Shown: piece after piece, positions 61,301 to 64,000 of the stretch
How the letters are laid out: every line of letters starts with the position of its first letter
How positions within the stretch are numbered: the first letter of the stretch is position 1
Assembly (NCBI GenBank): GCA_965202585.1
Contig: OZ241828.1
Span: forward strand, 59,520,001 to 59,584,000
Length of the DNA: 64,000 bases
Reading direction: 5' to 3'
Source: Thalia democratica
Lineage: Eukaryota
The notes under the pieces: model-generated
Told to the model about the DNA's origin: nothing
What the model saw: the letters and a program-made list of their open reading frames with translations, nothing else
Databases searched by the model: none
Position numbers and translations under genes: made by a program

Positions 61301-63615
61301 TTTCATAGCTAACCAATACTGTTGGCTAAAGACTTCTTAAAAGGATTACTTCAGTTTTAATTTTGTATCAACTCTTATAAACTTACTTACAATAAATATA
61401 GTTTATTTTTGAAAACCCTTACCACCACCTACTACTACTAGTAAATCCTATTCAGCAACATACTCAAACAAGACTTAACTAACTTATTATTGCTAGTTTG
61501 CGTAAAATACATACTATAAATTACAATATCATTATTCTACAATCGTAGCCCTTAATTTCTCAAGCAGTTTTTTTAATGTAGTTCAGACATTTATACTAAA
61601 ATTTATATATCTATGTGCTCGAAACAACTGATGTGCTCGAAATTCTTCAACCTTTCTTCTAGTAATTAGAATAAAATAAAATAATTAAAACAAAATTTAT
61701 TGTTTTTACTATATTAATATTTCTCAACTCAACAACCCCTTCGACATTTTCAGCCTGAACTTTTTCAGCCTGGTCCTTCTTCACATAATAAATTTATTAT
61801 ATCTTAGTTATTACTTACTAATTATATACAAATACAAACCCTTCAACAGCTTGCACCTCATCAGCCTGGTCCTTCTTCACGTCGCTTTCAATTTGTTCGA
61901 CCTGTTGCTCGATGTCGGCGGGCACGGCTTCACCCCAGTTGTGTGCGCCTGTGAATACAAAATGTATAATAAATAATAATGTGTGTGCGCCTGTAAATAC
62001 AAAAATTTATAAGAAATCATAATGTGTGTGCGCCTGTAAATACAAAAATGTTATAAGAAATAATAATGTGTGTGCGCCTGTGAATACAAAAATGTTTTAA
62101 GAAATAATACTTTGTGTGCTCCTAAAATTAAATAAATGTTTAATAAATAATAATGTGTGTGCTCCTAAAGTTAAATAATTGTTATACTAATGCAGGGGTT
62201 GGCAAATGTGGCCCTCAAAGCCAAAATCTGGACCCGCAAGGTACTTTAAAAAAAGGTTTGCGATAATTATCAACTCTTGACTAGTGTTATTTTACTGCTT
62301 ATTTTGTAATATTTTGGTTTGAAATAGTATTTTTCTACCATTTACTATGATTATTTTTGAATAATTGCGGCCTTCAGAAACGTTTTTTAAATAGTTTGGC
62401 CCGCGAGCAATTTTTTCTGGGAAAATTGGCCGGCGAGTTACAAATGGCTGCCAACCCCTGTACTAATGTATATAGTTATTGCTCCTAAAAATAGATTAAT
62501 ATGTTCTATATACACAAGATCCACACGCAACCAAAATAAGCAATAACAATGATATTTTTACTTTTCTATTTTAATACACACATCATGATACAATATCCTT
62601 TTTACTTTTTTTTCTTACGTTTTCAGGGTTTATTTCTCTACGGTGCGTTATTTAGTAATGACTGAGTCAAATAAAAACAAATTCTCTCAAATCTCGTAAA
62701 ATAAATGATTTGTAACAAATCTCTGTTGCAGCTAAAAAATTTACTTTGCGGCATACTTTCCTGCAAAATCACTTTCCCTATTGAGCTCATAATTTATTTA
62801 TGGAATAGAAGCATTATGTTCTGGAAAGATTGTAAAAACGATGCGTCAATCACAGATGTTCACTTAGTTAATTTATCTCAGATCTTTGAGCTCATTATAT
62901 CTAACTTTTTTTTGTCTTAATTAAGAGAATATTCATGAGACTCACTTCGTTTATTTACAGGACTAAAATTTATTTGTCTATTAAGTTTATATATTTTTTA
63001 GCTGTCCTAACTTAGTTTTTAAAATACTTGAATATTCTTATTTCTTAAGGTGAAATTTAAAATGTTACCTGTTGTCAATAAGTCAAAATAAACATAAGTC
63101 AACTTACAGCAGGGATATTCAAAATACTTATAGACGATACTAAAACGAATGCAGATAGTTCTGTACATAAATTTTCTTTATACGCATGTGATTTTTAAGA
63201 TATCACAAGACTAAAACTATTTTATAAACTAGTTTGTCGACAGTTATATTAAATAAACAACGCTATCAACACAATAAAACTCAAAACATTTATCACAAGC
63301 CCCATTCCTCTCAGCTGAATCAATTATTAACGCTTCAATTTATTAATAAAAAAACGTTGTCATTATCTTACCAGCGCCTTCTTTTTTATCGTGTCCCTCC
63401 TACTGATCGTTTAACATATACAAAACAATTATCAAAACTAGCTACCGATCTATCATCTAATTATTATATTTTAGTAATGATATTTATTCATCTTACCAGC
63501 GCCTTCTTTCTTATCGTGTCCCCTCCTCGACGTCTGATCGTTCCCGCTTCTCCTGTCGAATTCCCTCTTTCCTCTGTATCCTCCCCTTCCGCCTCCGCGA
63601 CCTCCGCGTGGTCTT
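55362..63615 (-). CDS. SERBP1: SERBP1/HABP4-family RGG RNA-binding protein, 3' part; exons 63615-63497, 61948-61840, 60599-60466, 58748-58672, 57361-57170, 55412-55362 (5' exons not resolved, probably beyond the window)
   Basis: Spliced: RPRGGRGGGRGGYRGKREFDRRSGNDQTSRRGHDKKEGAGAHNWG...VTYTLDEY...KAQFNIRTV...RGGRGRY...VKIPDVGNEREFPSLA*. This carries the KREFDR-SG, G-x-HNWG, TLDE(W/Y), FNIR and FP-x-L-A family motifs. All five junctions are in phase. AATAAA on the minus strand at 54871-54876. Confidence 0.92.
61941..62192 (-). repeat. Tandem array (about 41-46-nt units) of a duplicated 3' splice site in SERBP1
   Basis: Each unit on the minus strand is a pyrimidine/AT tract + YAG + G(C/A)GCACAC, which is the acceptor and first bases of exon 61948-61840. 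Confidence 0.9.
62193..62460. mobile_element. hAT MITE, 268 bp, apparently recent
   Basis: Perfect 12-bp TIR CAGGGGTTGGCA/TGCCAACCCCTG and perfect 8-bp TSD TACTAATG at 62185-62192 and 62461-62468. Confidence 0.92.
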
Positions 63616-64000
63616 CTGTTTAAAATTATAATTGTTTTATGCCATTTTATACAACAACTTACACCTCCGCATTGTTGATAGATGAATGTATAAGTATTTT
63701 ATATTTGCTTATACTACAAACATATTTTTAATTATTAGATACTTGGCAGACATTCGAATATTGCAACTAAGTTCAATTTGGAACACTAATTCCCAAAGTT
63801 TTATGCTAGTTAGATAATTGTACGGGTGTTACTAATGCATGTGCACATGTGTCACTATATCACATACTAACTATGCACAGACTACCATACAAACCATTAT
63901 GCCTATACAGCAACATGTAAATATATACACTTTCACTTGTTAAACACAACTTATTACGTAAAACTTCATTATAAAACTTCTCATACAAACCTATCAACTC

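Overview
Very AT-rich eukaryotic (animal) genomic DNA with spliceosomal introns and one 568-nt assembly gap. A tunicate origin is my inference from the PGYP-type C-type lectins and frequent TGACGTCA motifs; it is not established. I reconstructed five intron-containing genes by hand with consistent splice phases: (1) a mucin-stalk C-type lectin (minus, 5' end not found); (2) a divergent TFAP2/AP-2 transcription factor (plus, probably one exon hidden in the gap); (3) a collectin-like signal peptide-coiled coil-sushi-C-type lectin (minus); (4) a C19orf12/Nazo-like protein (plus); (5) the 3' part of a SERBP1/HABP4-family RNA-binding protein (minus). Non-coding DNA holds many hAT, Mutator-type and foldback MITEs, a fossil hAT transposase and two Penelope-like GIY-YIG fragments. 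The most notable observations are: a minimal hammerhead ribozyme downstream of one Penelope fragment plus two decayed hammerheads elsewhere; a dispersed ~130-bp repeat with a strand-specific RNA fold and invariant CTCGATAAC core; repeated duplication of exon boundaries in the SERBP1 gene, including a tandem array of splice acceptors; and a strong GTT bias at splice donors (14 of 18). No rRNA, tRNA or CRISPR array was seen.
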